The notes: generated from the sequence alone by a model not told the origin. A stretch of DNA of 64,000 bases from Acidobacteriota bacterium (GCA_003223325.1 QHYS01000028.1:38127-102126), one strand, 5' to 3'; shown: positions 7,496 through 22,514, counted from the first letter of the stretch. Program-made: numbers and translations.

Positions 7496-10154
7496 TTAGC
7501 TACAGCCGGAGGTGCTGCCGCAATTTTCGCACTTATAGCACCCACCGTTTGGCGTCATCAGCATCCCGCACTCGGCGCAGGTCGGCGCGCCGTCAAAGGC
7601 AACCTGGGAGGATACGGACTCCTCCGAAAGTGATACCTTCAAAGCGGGAGAGCTGGCTACGACCGCCGTAATACCGGCAGGCGGTGCGGCCTCCATAGGG
7701 GATGGACCTATGCCCGGTATAACCAGACGGTTCGAAACGGGTGTTGATGAATTTATCGACCAGCGCTTTGAGAGGCACGCCATACTGCAGGCCAATAGAG
7801 ACGGATAGCGCAAATCCATCCATGAACCCGGAGAGCGTCGAGCCTTCCTTGGACATCTTGATGAAGATCTCACCGGGCGTTCCTTCCTCGTACATTCCGA
7901 CAATGATGTAACCCTCATGCCCCCCGACCGAAAACTTATGGGTGATCGATTGGCGTTCGCTGGGCAGCTTATGCCGTTTGGGCACTTGGAGGAAGAGCTC
8001 CTGTTGCTGAGCAACGGGAGAATCCACAGAAGTTGTTGCCGCGGCAGGTTCCTTCTTGGCGCCGGCAGCAGAAAGCGGCTGGGTGCGTTTCGAATTGTCC
8101 CTATAGATGGCCACGGCTTTCAGGCCCAGCTTCCAGGATTCGATGTAGGCCTGCATGATGTCTTCGACCGTGGATTCCTCAGGCATGTTGATCGTCTTAC
8201 TGATTGCTCCAGAGAGGAAGGGCTGCACGGCAGCCATCATCTTCAGGTGACCGCGCCAGGCAATCGAGCGCCCGCCACCGGCAGGTGCCAGCGAACAATC
8301 AAAGACGCGCAAGTGCTCAAGCTTAAGGCCGGGCGCGCCTTCGATCGTCCCCTCAAGATCAATGTGAGAAACGATCTGTGAAGTTTGTTCGGGCGAATAT
8401 CCGAGACGTATCAGCGCCTGCGGAACCGTGTTGTTGACGATCTTGATCAGGCCGCCCCCGACCAGCTTCTTATATTTCACCAGGGCCAGATCCGGCTCAA
8501 TACCCGTCGTATCGCAATCCATCATGAAGCCGTAACGCTCTCCGAATGCGAGGGCATCGTCCCAGGCTTGGCGTGCTCCGGCGAGCAGAGGGGCCTGGAC
8601 GTTTTCAGACTTAATGGGCCGCAAAGAATCGCGATGCATCCGAACGACTTCCAGCATAGCTTCGCGATTGACCGCAAATCCCGGGAAAGGCCCCAGCCGC
8701 TCGGCAATACGGGCCGACTGAGCGTAGGCTTCGCCGCACATCAAGGCGGTGATGGCGCCGGCCATGTCCCGGCCGCCCTCGGAATCGTAAGGCAGGGCCA
8801 GGGACATCAGCAGCGCGCCCAGATTGGCATATCCCAGGCCGAGTGGGCGGAAGTTATGAGAATTTTCGGTAATCTTGGGCGTCGGATAACTGGCGTTGTC
8901 GACCAGAATTTCCTGCGCCGTAATGGTGATATCGACGGCGTGGCGGAAAGCCTCCACATCAAACGCACCGTTCGGCCCCAAAAATTTCATCAGATTGAGC
9001 GAGGCCAGATTACATGCCGTATCGTCCAGGAACATGTACTCAGAGCAAGGATTGGAGGCATTAATGCGGGCGATCGCCTTGCAAGTGTGCCAGCGGTTGA
9101 CGGTCGAGTCGTACTGCATGCCGGGATCACCGCAATGCCAAGCAGATTCGGAAATTCTCTTCAATAGATCGCGAGCACGGAGCTTCTCCGCCGGAGAGCC
9201 ATCGGTGACGTTGCGCGTCCACCAGTCGAGGTCTGCTTCGACGGCTTGCATGAATTCGTCGGTCACGCGCACGGAATGATTGGCATTCTGGAAGAAAACG
9301 GAGCTGTAGGCTTCGCCGTCGATCGAGCTGTCGTAGCCTTGCTCGATCAGCACGTGCGCCTTGTGTTCCTCGCGCATCTTGCTATCCACGAAATCTACGA
9401 TGTCGGGATGGTCGGCGTTCAGGATGACCATCTTGGCGGCGCGTCGCGTCTTTCCACCGCTCTTGATCACGCCGGCAAAGGCATCAAAGCCCTTCATGAA
9501 ACTCACCGGCCCGGAAGCGATGCCGCCGCCGGAAAGGGCCTCATGGCTTCCGCGTAGCGCGGAGAAATTCGTGCCCGTACCCGAACCCCACTTGAAAAGC
9601 ATGCCTTCGGTTTTCACCAGATCCATGATCGATTTCATGTCGTCTTGGACGGAGTTGATGAAGCAGGCCGAGCATTGAGGTTTCGCTTGCACGCCCACGT
9701 TGAACCACACCGGCGAATTGAAGCTCATTTTCTGCTGCACAAGCAGGTGCGTGAGGTCATCACTGAAGGCATCGCGGGCAGCGGGCGAGGCGAAATATCT
9801 GCCGAGCTCGCCCCAGTGGACGATCGTGTCCACAACGCGGGCGATCAACTGGCGCACGGAGTTCTCGCGCTCCGGAGTGTCCAGCTTCCCATGGAAATAC
9901 TTCGAAGCCACGATATTGGTGGCCGTCTGGGACCAGGATTTGGGCACTTCCACATTTTCCTGGCGGAAAATAACCTGTCCCTTTTCGTTACTAATCTGGG
10001 CCACGCGCCTCTCCCATTCCAGAGCATCATAGGGAGACGAGTGCCCGTCGGTAAAATAGCGCTTAAAGTCCAGGCCAGTTTTCGAACGGGCTTCGTATGT
10101 GGCCACAGTGAACGCCGCTTTGTCATTTTGGAGCGCCATCTTGGGGTCCGCCAT
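7496..10154 (-). pseudogene. nrdJ: class II (adenosylcobalamin-dependent) ribonucleotide reductase NrdJ, frameshifted as assembled
   Basis: The 853-aa ORF (7593-10154) carries NPCSEY, FRPLGLGYANLG, MDCDTTGIEPD and AISKTINMP. The family-typical C-terminal zinc ribbon (DGAPTCAECGMLMTPNGGCYKCENCGSTSGCS) lies in another frame (ORF 7496-8014). The frame switches at the CCC run 7713-7715. The expected RNAQ..APTGTI loop before MDCDTTG is absent. Confidence 0.85.
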
Positions 10155-10500
10155 CTTGCCTCCGCGCAGCTTGGGTTCCCGCGGGACGGGAACCCTAATA
10201 TTTTACCAAGCGGCCGAGCTAGCCGCATGGACGCAGCTTCCGCTTCTCCGGCGGGAACCGCGTGATTCGAAAGAGCCCATAGTTAGGTTTGAGACGCCAA
10301 AAAGCACAAAAGGGCCACCTCTAGAAGATGTGGCTATCGCCTCCGAAGCCGCTACACGAGGCACGCCCGCCCGTGGCGCCGACATGGCGGCTTATGGGTT
10401 GGTTGTCTCGGTGAACCCGGGCTGGCGCTTGGCTGCTCACGAAACGCCGGAGCCGAACGGATCCGGCAGCACAGCCATGGTCTCCCGAATCTGACTTGGC

Positions 10501-10529
10501 ACGATAGCGATGCGCCAAAAGCTTGTCAA
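10501..10529 (-). promoter_or_regulatory. candidate sigma-70-type promoter for nrdJ
   Basis: The minus strand reads TTGACA - 17 nt - TATCGT. This would give a leader of about 340 nt before the nrdJ ATG (RBS GGAGG). Confidence 0.35.
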
Positions 10530-10581
10530 GGAAAAACGGCGCTAATTGTACAAAGTGTTGAGGGAATCCTGTTCCAAATGT

Positions 10582-10622
10582 CCACATATTGTGGTGCATT
10601 TTCAAGCGACCCACATATGTGG
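10582..10622 (-). promoter_or_regulatory. pair of related palindromes CCACATATTGTGG / CCACATATGTGG upstream of nrdJ (possible repressor operators)
   Basis: Two near-identical inverted repeats with centres about 29 bp apart. They share the CAC..ATAT..GTG flavour of NrdR boxes, but the half-sites are about 3 nt closer together than the 16-bp NrdR consensus I recall. Confidence 0.3.
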
Positions 10623-10885
10623 AAGGGATCAAAGGGATCTCGAATCGAGGCAGGGCACATTTTCCAAGCAGGAGGCCCACAGCGGCGTCCCGCGTTTTGG
10701 CTCCCGTATCATCTCAGACTTTAGGGAAGAAGCCCCACTGCGAGGAGACCAGGCTTGGCATGTTTGGACTCAGGCACAGTCCAGGCGGGGGCGGGTATCG
10801 GTCCTAGCAGCTTAATGAGATAATGACGTCATTCACCGCAAGGGCGGCCAACCCAGCCGCCGGGACGCCCCCAGTGAGGATTCGG

Positions 10886-11818
10886 ATGAGACAGTCGACA
10901 CAGGTCGGCTTCAGCTTGCTGGCCATTCTGGCCGCGGGGATGACCCTTTCGGTGGCCTGGCCCACAGCTTGGCCTACCAGCGACGCGGATCAGGACGAGG
11001 GGCCCCATTCCGAAACCCCGCTTACCGCGCCACAGATTCAGAACCTGGTCGATCGCGCCATCGAGAATCAACGTCGTAACGACCTCCTGCTCGATCAGTA
11101 CGCGCGCACCGAACGCTCTTTATTCCACGGAAGTGCCAAAGAGCCCGAGAGAAACGTCGTTTGCAGGGTCATCCCAGCGGGCGACGGGATCATTCGAGTA
11201 GAACTCGAGCGCGATGGCAAGACGAGCGACGCCGCCTTCATTGAAGGGCAGTGGCACGGCGCGGTACAAGCTCTTCTTGCCGAGGCTCACGGGCGGGACC
11301 CCCACGTCGCCAATTTCTTCGAAACCGGACGGCACAGGCACGAGCGCGCCGGTATGGTCACTGCCATCGGCAAGGCGTTTCTCTTCCAGTGGGCGGGACG
11401 CGCCTCGATTAACGGCCGCACAGTAGTAGAACTGAATTTCGTGCCCGATCCGACTTACCGGTCGGTTGCACGATTTGCCATCCTCTACGCGCACAGCAGG
11501 GGCACAGCCTGGGTGGACGAATCGAGCGGACAGCTGATTCGTGCTGAAGCGAAGTTGACCGACGATGTTTCCTGGGGCGCGGGAATTATAGCCAAGCTCT
11601 ACCGGGGCGGACAATTCACCTTCGAGCAGCGCGAGGTCGAACCCGGCGTTTGGATGCCGGCACACTATTCTTATGATTTCGACGGGCGAAAATTTCTCTT
11701 TAGCCTGAGCGTGCACGAACGGATGGAATACACGGACTACGTGCGCGTCGGGCCGCCGGAAGAAGCGATCGCCGTCATCCGGCGCGAACACCCCAGCATT
11801 TTCGCGGACCAGAATTAG
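10886..11818 (+). CDS. hypothetical secreted/anchored protein
   Basis: The ORF is open from 10823. The ATG at 10886 has a GAGGA Shine-Dalgarno 6 nt upstream and is followed by the signal/TM segment VGFSLLAILAAGMTL. I recognise no family motif. Confidence 0.55.
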   Translation: MRQSTQVGFSLLAILAAGMTLSVAWPTAWPTSDADQDEGPHSETPLTAPQIQNLVDRAIENQRRNDLLLDQYARTERSLFHGSAKEPERNVVCRVIPAGDGIIRVELERDGKTSDAAFIEGQWHGAVQALLAEAHGRDPHVANFFETGRHRHERAGMVTAIGKAFLFQWAGRASINGRTVVELNFVPDPTYRSVARFAILYAHSRGTAWVDESSGQLIRAEAKLTDDVSWGAGIIAKLYRGGQFTFEQREVEPGVWMPAHYSYDFDGRKFLFSLSVHERMEYTDYVRVGPPEEAIAVIRREHPSIFADQN

Positions 11819-11829
11819 CAGCTCCGCGC

Positions 11830-12093
11830 TCAAGATACGGGGACGAGTGCGCCTGATTCAGACTCGAATTCGACTCGCATCAGCCAATCGTAATGAAACC
11901 CTTCGGCTTCTAGCCACGCTTGGAGCGTATCTCGATCGGACGCTTCGAATTCGACGAGCATCTTCCCTTCCATCATATTCACCTGCACGCGGCGCGCTTT
12001 GACGCGGGTGGAAGAAAATATGCGGTTGGTGAGTTGGGCAGCGCCCTGGCGCGTCAGGCAAGCGAGTGTGTGGAGTGAAAGATAGCGTGGCAT
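11830..12093 (-). CDS. DUF4242-like small protein
   Basis: The internal ATG at 12093 is preceded by AGGAGGAGG. MPRYLSLHT...MLVEFEASDRDTLQAWLEAEGFHYDWLMRVE resembles the DUF4242 pattern (MPxYM..H, then an alpha+beta ending in ..V.EV). Confidence 0.6.
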   Translation of the reverse strand: MPRYLSLHTLACLTRQGAAQLTNRIFSSTRVKARRVQVNMMEGKMLVEFEASDRDTLQAWLEAEGFHYDWLMRVEFESESGALVPVS

Positions 12094-12284
12094 GGAACCT
12101 CCTCCTGGTTGAAGCGCGTCCTCGAGACCGGCACAATACCGGAGGCGCGGCGAACCCTGCAACTCCGTCGATCCGCGGGAACAATAGTGGCCGTGCGAAC
12201 AGTTGATCTTTTGGTCCCAACGCTAGCTATCGCCGTGCTGAGCCACGATAAGATGAATGGAACAGGTAGCTTCGAGGTCCACTC

Positions 12285-12650
12285 ATGCGCAAACCTCGCT
12301 TCATCGCGGGAGCAGTGGCTCTGTTGTTTCTGGCAGCATTTGCGTACGGCAAAGTTGCCGAGGGCGTCCTGGATGGAGTTGTGCTCAACGGCAGGGGCGT
12401 TCCCGTGGCCTTTGCGGAGGTCTTCTGGCAAGCAGCAGACGGGAAGGCCCCACATGCGACTCGCGCCAACGGGAAGGGACGTTTCCGGATCGCCGGGGTG
12501 AGTCAGGGTCTGTATGATCTGCGGGCTCAAGCTTCTGGGATGACCTCGGAGTGGGAGCACAACGTGCTGGTGCGTTCCGGCAAAGTTTCCACCGTGACGC
12601 TGCACTTGATTCGTCCCAAATCGTCAAGTAGTTCCAGAGACAAGCATTGA
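12285..12650 (+). CDS. secreted carboxypeptidase-regulatory-like (CarboxypepD_reg) domain protein
   Basis: Signal peptide MRKPRFIAGAVALLFLAAFAYG followed by G.V.DG.G.PV..A.V....DGK....T...G.F.I.GV..G.Y.L, the typical CarboxypepD_reg beta-sandwich pattern. Confidence 0.6.
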   Translation: MRKPRFIAGAVALLFLAAFAYGKVAEGVLDGVVLNGRGVPVAFAEVFWQAADGKAPHATRANGKGRFRIAGVSQGLYDLRAQASGMTSEWEHNVLVRSGKVSTVTLHLIRPKSSSSSRDKH

Positions 12651-12954
12651 TTCGCTGGACTGTGTCCTTCGTACTAAAACGCCAGTACTCTCTCTTTAGG
12701 GCTTGTGATCCATTGGCGGGACTCCATGCTCGCTGCGACTATGCCCGCGGGTTGGGAGCCGCTGCGGGGACAACGGCCTCGAGAAATCGATGTCGTAGGC
12801 AGCTACCCAACCCACTTGAAGATCCGCGCGCCAAATTGCGCAAGGCACCAAGGGTTGCGCAATAATCCAGGCAACAATCCTACCCGCGTATCCGTTACGC
12901 AGTCGTCGGCACCGATATCATCGGAAAAGCCGCCAATTTGAGTAAAATTCAAAT

Positions 12955-14160
12955 GTGGCGACTCTTATCCCACGCTCCGACCGTACCGCGATCGAAGCCC
13001 AAGTGCTGGCCATCACCCGCGATCTTCTCCGCGAATTAGGGAACCGTACAGCAATCGAAGCCCTGAAGGGCTCCGCCGATCTGGAGCGCGACCTCGGACT
13101 GGCAAGTATCGAGCGCGTGGAGCTCATATCCCGGATTGAACAGAGCTTGGGGACGTCTCTGCCAGAGGGTGCCATTGCCGAAGCCACCCGCCTGGATGAC
13201 ATTATCGCGGCAGTCACAGGGCCGCGTGGAACCGGAAGCGCAGACGCGAAGGAGCAAATCCCCGCCAGGTCCCCGAGTGGTGCCCAGCGGAATCCTGAAG
13301 CAATTCAATCGGGCTTAGGCCAGGTGAGCTCAGATGCACGCACGCAGGGTTTTGCCGAGGCCGAGGCGACTTACGACCACGGCGCGCTCTTTTGGCGCAT
13401 TTTGCAAACAATTTATGGGATTTACGCGGCGACCATATTTTTCGTTTGGCTCGTGGTCACTTGGCTGGTTGTCCTGCTGATGCCGCGCGGCCAGCCCGCG
13501 GCGCGTATGAGTTCAGCGGCGCTTCGCATCTATTTCAGAATCATCGGGTGCCGGATCAGTCTGGAAGGCCGCGAGCGTCTAGATGCACATGGCGCCTGCA
13601 TCTACGTCAGCAATCATACGAGCTATAGCGACGTGCTAGTGGTCATGGCGCTCTTCCAGACGAACTATCACTTTATCGCCAAGAGCGAAATCAACGATAT
13701 GCCGTTCATCGGAACTTTCCTGCGCAAACTGGGGCACTTCGCTTTTGAGCGCACCAAGCTGCGGGCGCGGTCGCGCCAAGCTGAGCAGATGGAGAAGGCG
13801 TTACTTCGAGGCGAGTCCATTTTCGTGTTTGCCGAGGGCACGTTTACGGCGCAGCCGGGAGTGCGCCCGTTTCAGTTGGGGGCATTCCGGGCTGCAGTCA
13901 AGACCAGAAGGCCGATCGTCCCGGTTGCCCTGCGAGGCGCCCGGCGCTTCCTGCGGGACGGGACTTTTCTGCCCAAGCCCAGCCGGATCACTGTCATCGT
14001 TCGCCCAGCGCTCTTTGCGGCCTCGGACTCAGGTGGCCGCGAGTGGAGCGAGGTATTGCGGCTACGCGATGAAACCCGCAGAATAATTTCCGGCCATTCG
14101 GGGGAACCCTTGCTTAACCCATCAGGTGGCGGCGACCTCTCTGGGACCGCCCCTTCTTGA
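12955..14160 (+). CDS. fusion protein: N-terminal acyl-carrier (phosphopantetheine-binding) domain + TM segment + PlsC/LPLAT-type acyltransferase
   Basis: GTG start. The ACP-like helix bundle has the serine-attachment motif context DLGLASIERVELISRIE. A hydrophobic segment follows (IYGIYAATIFFVWLVVTWLVVLLM). Acyltransferase block I is NHTSYSDV (HX4D) and block III is FAEGTFT. Confidence 0.8.
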   Translation: MATLIPRSDRTAIEAQVLAITRDLLRELGNRTAIEALKGSADLERDLGLASIERVELISRIEQSLGTSLPEGAIAEATRLDDIIAAVTGPRGTGSADAKEQIPARSPSGAQRNPEAIQSGLGQVSSDARTQGFAEAEATYDHGALFWRILQTIYGIYAATIFFVWLVVTWLVVLLMPRGQPAARMSSAALRIYFRIIGCRISLEGRERLDAHGACIYVSNHTSYSDVLVVMALFQTNYHFIAKSEINDMPFIGTFLRKLGHFAFERTKLRARSRQAEQMEKALLRGESIFVFAEGTFTAQPGVRPFQLGAFRAAVKTRRPIVPVALRGARRFLRDGTFLPKPSRITVIVRPALFAASDSGGREWSEVLRLRDETRRIISGHSGEPLLNPSGGGDLSGTAPS

Positions 14161-14280
14161 TAGCCTATTGTTACTGCTGGAATTAGGCAAAGCGGAAGAA
14201 AACACCACCTCGCTGCATCAATTCCTTCCAACTTGGCATCTATACTTTTGTTGTTAACCATAGATTCGAGGGCCTTGGCG

Positions 14281-14598
14281 ATGCGCAATTCTCATTCTGA
14301 AGACATCGTAGGAGTTCGGTACACAGGTTGGGCCGCTTTGGATCGGGACCCGCAGGAAGATGTCGTCGAGTTTGTCTGTCCGCATTGCGGCAACAAGGGA
14401 GTGAAACCGGCCCGGCGGGCCCGGTCGGAATATCACTTCACCGACGGTTTCCTACAGGACATGCAAGGTGAAGCCACCACGTGCAAGGTGTGCCGCAAGG
14501 CGCTCCACGTCGCTCCCGTCGTGCTGGTACACGACCGCGACGAAAAGCAACGCTTTGAGGCCATCTTCACCGAAGAAGCAGTTGCGGTGCCCAACTAA
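14281..14598 (+). CDS. hypothetical zinc-ribbon protein
   Basis: The ATG at 14281 is internal to the 14233 ORF. Two Cys pairs are present, CPHCG ... CKVCRK. I recognise no family. Confidence 0.45.
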   Translation: MRNSHSEDIVGVRYTGWAALDRDPQEDVVEFVCPHCGNKGVKPARRARSEYHFTDGFLQDMQGEATTCKVCRKALHVAPVVLVHDRDEKQRFEAIFTEEAVAVPN

Positions 14599-14710
14599 AG
14601 GGCCTTCGAGTTCAGTTCGGCTGTTTCGACCTGGCTGGGCTCACGCAATAGCCGAGCGCGCGTGGTCGCTACGCGTGAGCGTGCGGTACGCTTCGGTACG
14701 TTGCACGCGA

Positions 14711-15556
14711 CTACTCGTCAAACAGCGTGTCGGGGGACATGTGGAACTCCTCAAGACCGCTGCGGATACGGTCGAAAGCCTCGTCCACGCTGTCGGCAAA
14801 CTGCAACAGATTATATTCTCGCCGGTTGATGGTGCCCCAGTTGAGCATCTCCCGCCAGTCGATTACGCGATTCCAGTAGCGGCGGCCGTAAATGAGGATG
14901 AGATTTCGGCGCTGCAGTTTGCCCGTCTGCATCAGCGTGAGCATTTCCCAGAGCTCGTCCATGGTTCCGAAGCCGCCCGGAAAGACGATGAGCGCTTTGG
15001 CGAGCTGCGCGAACCACAGCTTGCGCATGAAGAAATAGTGAAACTGAAAGTTGAGCCCGGGACTGATGTAAGAATTGGGCCATTGCTCATGCGGCAATTC
15101 GATGCTCAAACCAACGGTTTTACCTCCGGCCTCAGCGGCGCCGCGGTTGGCCGCTTCCATAATGCCTGGACCGCCTCCGGAGCAGATGACAAAGCGCCTA
15201 GGATGCTCACCGAGGGTTAGCGACCAGGCCGTGATGCGGCGGGCAAGTTCGCGGGCCTCTTCGTAATAGCGCGACATGGCCACGGCTGCGCGAGCATACC
15301 GCAGGGCGATGCGCCGGCGGGAGGTTCCTTTTCCCGAAAGCGATTTCAGACGCCGCAAGTGGGCTTGGGCGCGCTCACGCCCAATGATACGCGCCGATCC
15401 AAACATCACGATGGTGTCGCCGACCTCCTCGCGCCGCAATCGAGCTAGGGGGTCGAGATATTCGGTAAGAATGCGCACCGGCCGCGCGGCTATACTCTCC
15501 ATGAACAGAGCGTCGCGATAGGCGGGCTTCTGAGGCGTTTGATGACTGCGAGTCAT
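14711..15556 (-). CDS. LOG/TIGR00730-family Rossmann-fold nucleotide-binding protein (lysine-decarboxylase-like)
   Basis: The ATG at 15556 is preceded by GGGAGGA. Motifs: VMFGSAR, CSGGGPGIMEAANRGA, PGGFGTMDELWE. Confidence 0.85.
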   Translation of the reverse strand: MTRSHQTPQKPAYRDALFMESIAARPVRILTEYLDPLARLRREEVGDTIVMFGSARIIGRERAQAHLRRLKSLSGKGTSRRRIALRYARAAVAMSRYYEEARELARRITAWSLTLGEHPRRFVICSGGGPGIMEAANRGAAEAGGKTVGLSIELPHEQWPNSYISPGLNFQFHYFFMRKLWFAQLAKALIVFPGGFGTMDELWEMLTLMQTGKLQRRNLILIYGRRYWNRVIDWREMLNWGTINRREYNLLQFADSVDEAFDRIRSGLEEFHMSPDTLFDE

Positions 15557-15690
15557 GAATCCTCCCGGGAATAGACGCGGCATCATTCTACGTAAGGCGC
15601 GAAAGCCAATCCAACACGAGTGGCTCCCGACGCGTCCAATCTAGTAAGCTTGTGGGAGGGACGAAGGGCCCACTCGGGCGGAGGCTCAAT

Positions 15691-16857
15691 ATGAACGCTA
15701 TCGCACGGGGACACAAAATTGGGCTCGTAACCGCAATCTTTGCCGGATTCGCGTTGCTGGGGGCGAACCCTGCACTGGCCCAGGCTCCCTCGGGTCCGAT
15801 CGCCCCAAAGCCGGGCCAGCCAATCCAACGGCCGCCGCAAGGGACACCTCAGAAGCCGCCCGATCAGTCGATCCGCGTGCGCGTGAATCTGGTGAACACT
15901 CCGGTGGTCGTGCGGGATGCTCGAGGCGAGTTGGTGCTAGACCTGCTTGAGAACAATTTTCGCGTCTTCGACAACGGCGTGCAGCAAAAGCTGGAAGGAT
16001 TCGATATGGGCGGCGGGCCGCTTTCTGTGGTCATCGTGATGGAGACGAGTTCGCGTATCCAAGCGCTGTTTCCGGCGCTTCGCCGAACGGGAGTCTTGTT
16101 TACCGAAACGGTTATGGGGGAGAGCGGCGATGCGGCAGTCATCGGTTACGATGATCAAGTGAATCATCTGCAGGATTTCACCACCGACCATGACGCCATC
16201 GAAAAGAGTATCACGAACCTGAATCAGGGCACATCGGGAACGCGGCTCTATGACGCGCTTTCGAGCGCGGTCAAAATGCTAGAGAACCGCTCAGAATCGC
16301 GCCGGCGCGTGATCATTACCGTGGCGGAAGCGATCGATTCTGGCAGCGAAGAAAAGTTAGGCCAAGTACTAAGAGACGCGCAGCTTGCCAACATCACGAT
16401 TTATTCCGTCGGTCTCTCGACGACGGCCGCGGAAATGCGCGGCGAGCAGAAGAGCGGCGCGCCCCCGCCCGCAACGCCTCCAGGAGTGTTTGGGCGGCCC
16501 CCTATTCCCGGCACACCGCAGACGCCAACCACAGAAGAGCAGCGCAGCGGCAGCGTCGACGTCATGGCTCTAGCCGTTTGGGTGATACAACACGTGGAGG
16601 CGTCGGTTAAGGAGCGTCCGCTGGAGGTAGCTACGGCGGCGACCGGCGGATCTTACCGATCCACTGTCAAGGATGCTTCTATCGAAAAGGCCATTGACGA
16701 GATCGGCGGCGAGCTGCACGCGCAATATACGCTGAGTTACCGTCCTACGGGGACCGAGCCCAGCGGGTATCATGAAATTCGAGTGCGAGTGGTCGATCGG
16801 CAGGCTTTGACAGTTCGCTCGCGACCGGGCTACTACCTTAGTTCACCGGGCGCATGA
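15691..16857 (+). CDS. VWA domain protein with the acidobacterial VWFA-related N-terminal domain
   Basis: The ATG at 15691 is preceded by GGAGG and followed by a signal peptide. IRVRVNLVNTPVVVRDARGELVLDLLENNFRVFDNGVQQKLEGFD matches the TIGR03436-type pattern. A VWA core follows (VVIVMETSS ... RRVIITVAE). Confidence 0.85.
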   Translation: MNAIARGHKIGLVTAIFAGFALLGANPALAQAPSGPIAPKPGQPIQRPPQGTPQKPPDQSIRVRVNLVNTPVVVRDARGELVLDLLENNFRVFDNGVQQKLEGFDMGGGPLSVVIVMETSSRIQALFPALRRTGVLFTETVMGESGDAAVIGYDDQVNHLQDFTTDHDAIEKSITNLNQGTSGTRLYDALSSAVKMLENRSESRRRVIITVAEAIDSGSEEKLGQVLRDAQLANITIYSVGLSTTAAEMRGEQKSGAPPPATPPGVFGRPPIPGTPQTPTTEEQRSGSVDVMALAVWVIQHVEASVKERPLEVATAATGGSYRSTVKDASIEKAIDEIGGELHAQYTLSYRPTGTEPSGYHEIRVRVVDRQALTVRSRPGYYLSSPGA

Positions 16858-16958
16858 GAAAATGCGGAGGAAGGTCGCTGGATCAGGCTAAAAAGAACAA
16901 GAGATTCTCGTTTCGCTCAGAATGACAACTACAGTTATCCGTTAAGGGGTTTGTTCGC

Positions 16959-19452
<2,494 letters not shown>

Positions 19453-19703
19453 CCGACGATGACGAATCAGCATGGCGGGTGTCTTTTCGTCAGCCATCGC
19501 TTCCTCTTGCGCCTGTCTATCTCTTCGCGCTTCTGGGCGGCGTCTTCGACACTTAACTCTTTATAGCCAATCCTCGGCCAGACAAATTGCCGCCCTCGAC
19601 GTTACCAAACAACACCGATCTCGCGAGCGCAGTGGCAGCAGAATCCGACTCCGCCAGAACTCCTCTACGAGCTCCCATGTCTCGCTTTCGGTTTGCGGCA
19701 CCA

Positions 19704-22334
<2,631 letters not shown>

Positions 22335-22514
22335 TCAGAGCCAAAAAATGCCGTTCCGGAGGACCCAAAGGCATTGCACGATTATTTCTATATTCTAAGG
22401 CTTTATCGTTCAGTGGTTTACGGCCACTGTCGGGCTGGGGCAGGGCATCGGCGCGGTCGTGTGAAAGAGAAACTGGGTGCACACAAACTCGCGCAAATTT
22501 GGCGCCGGAAACGC

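Noticed and set aside
10155-10500. Possible cobalamin riboswitch in the nrdJ leader
   Set aside because: I looked on the minus strand for the B12 box (GCCACTG-like) and the AGGGAA...GGTG..AA.CC core and found neither. B12 riboswitches are also not expected in front of the B12-dependent enzyme itself.
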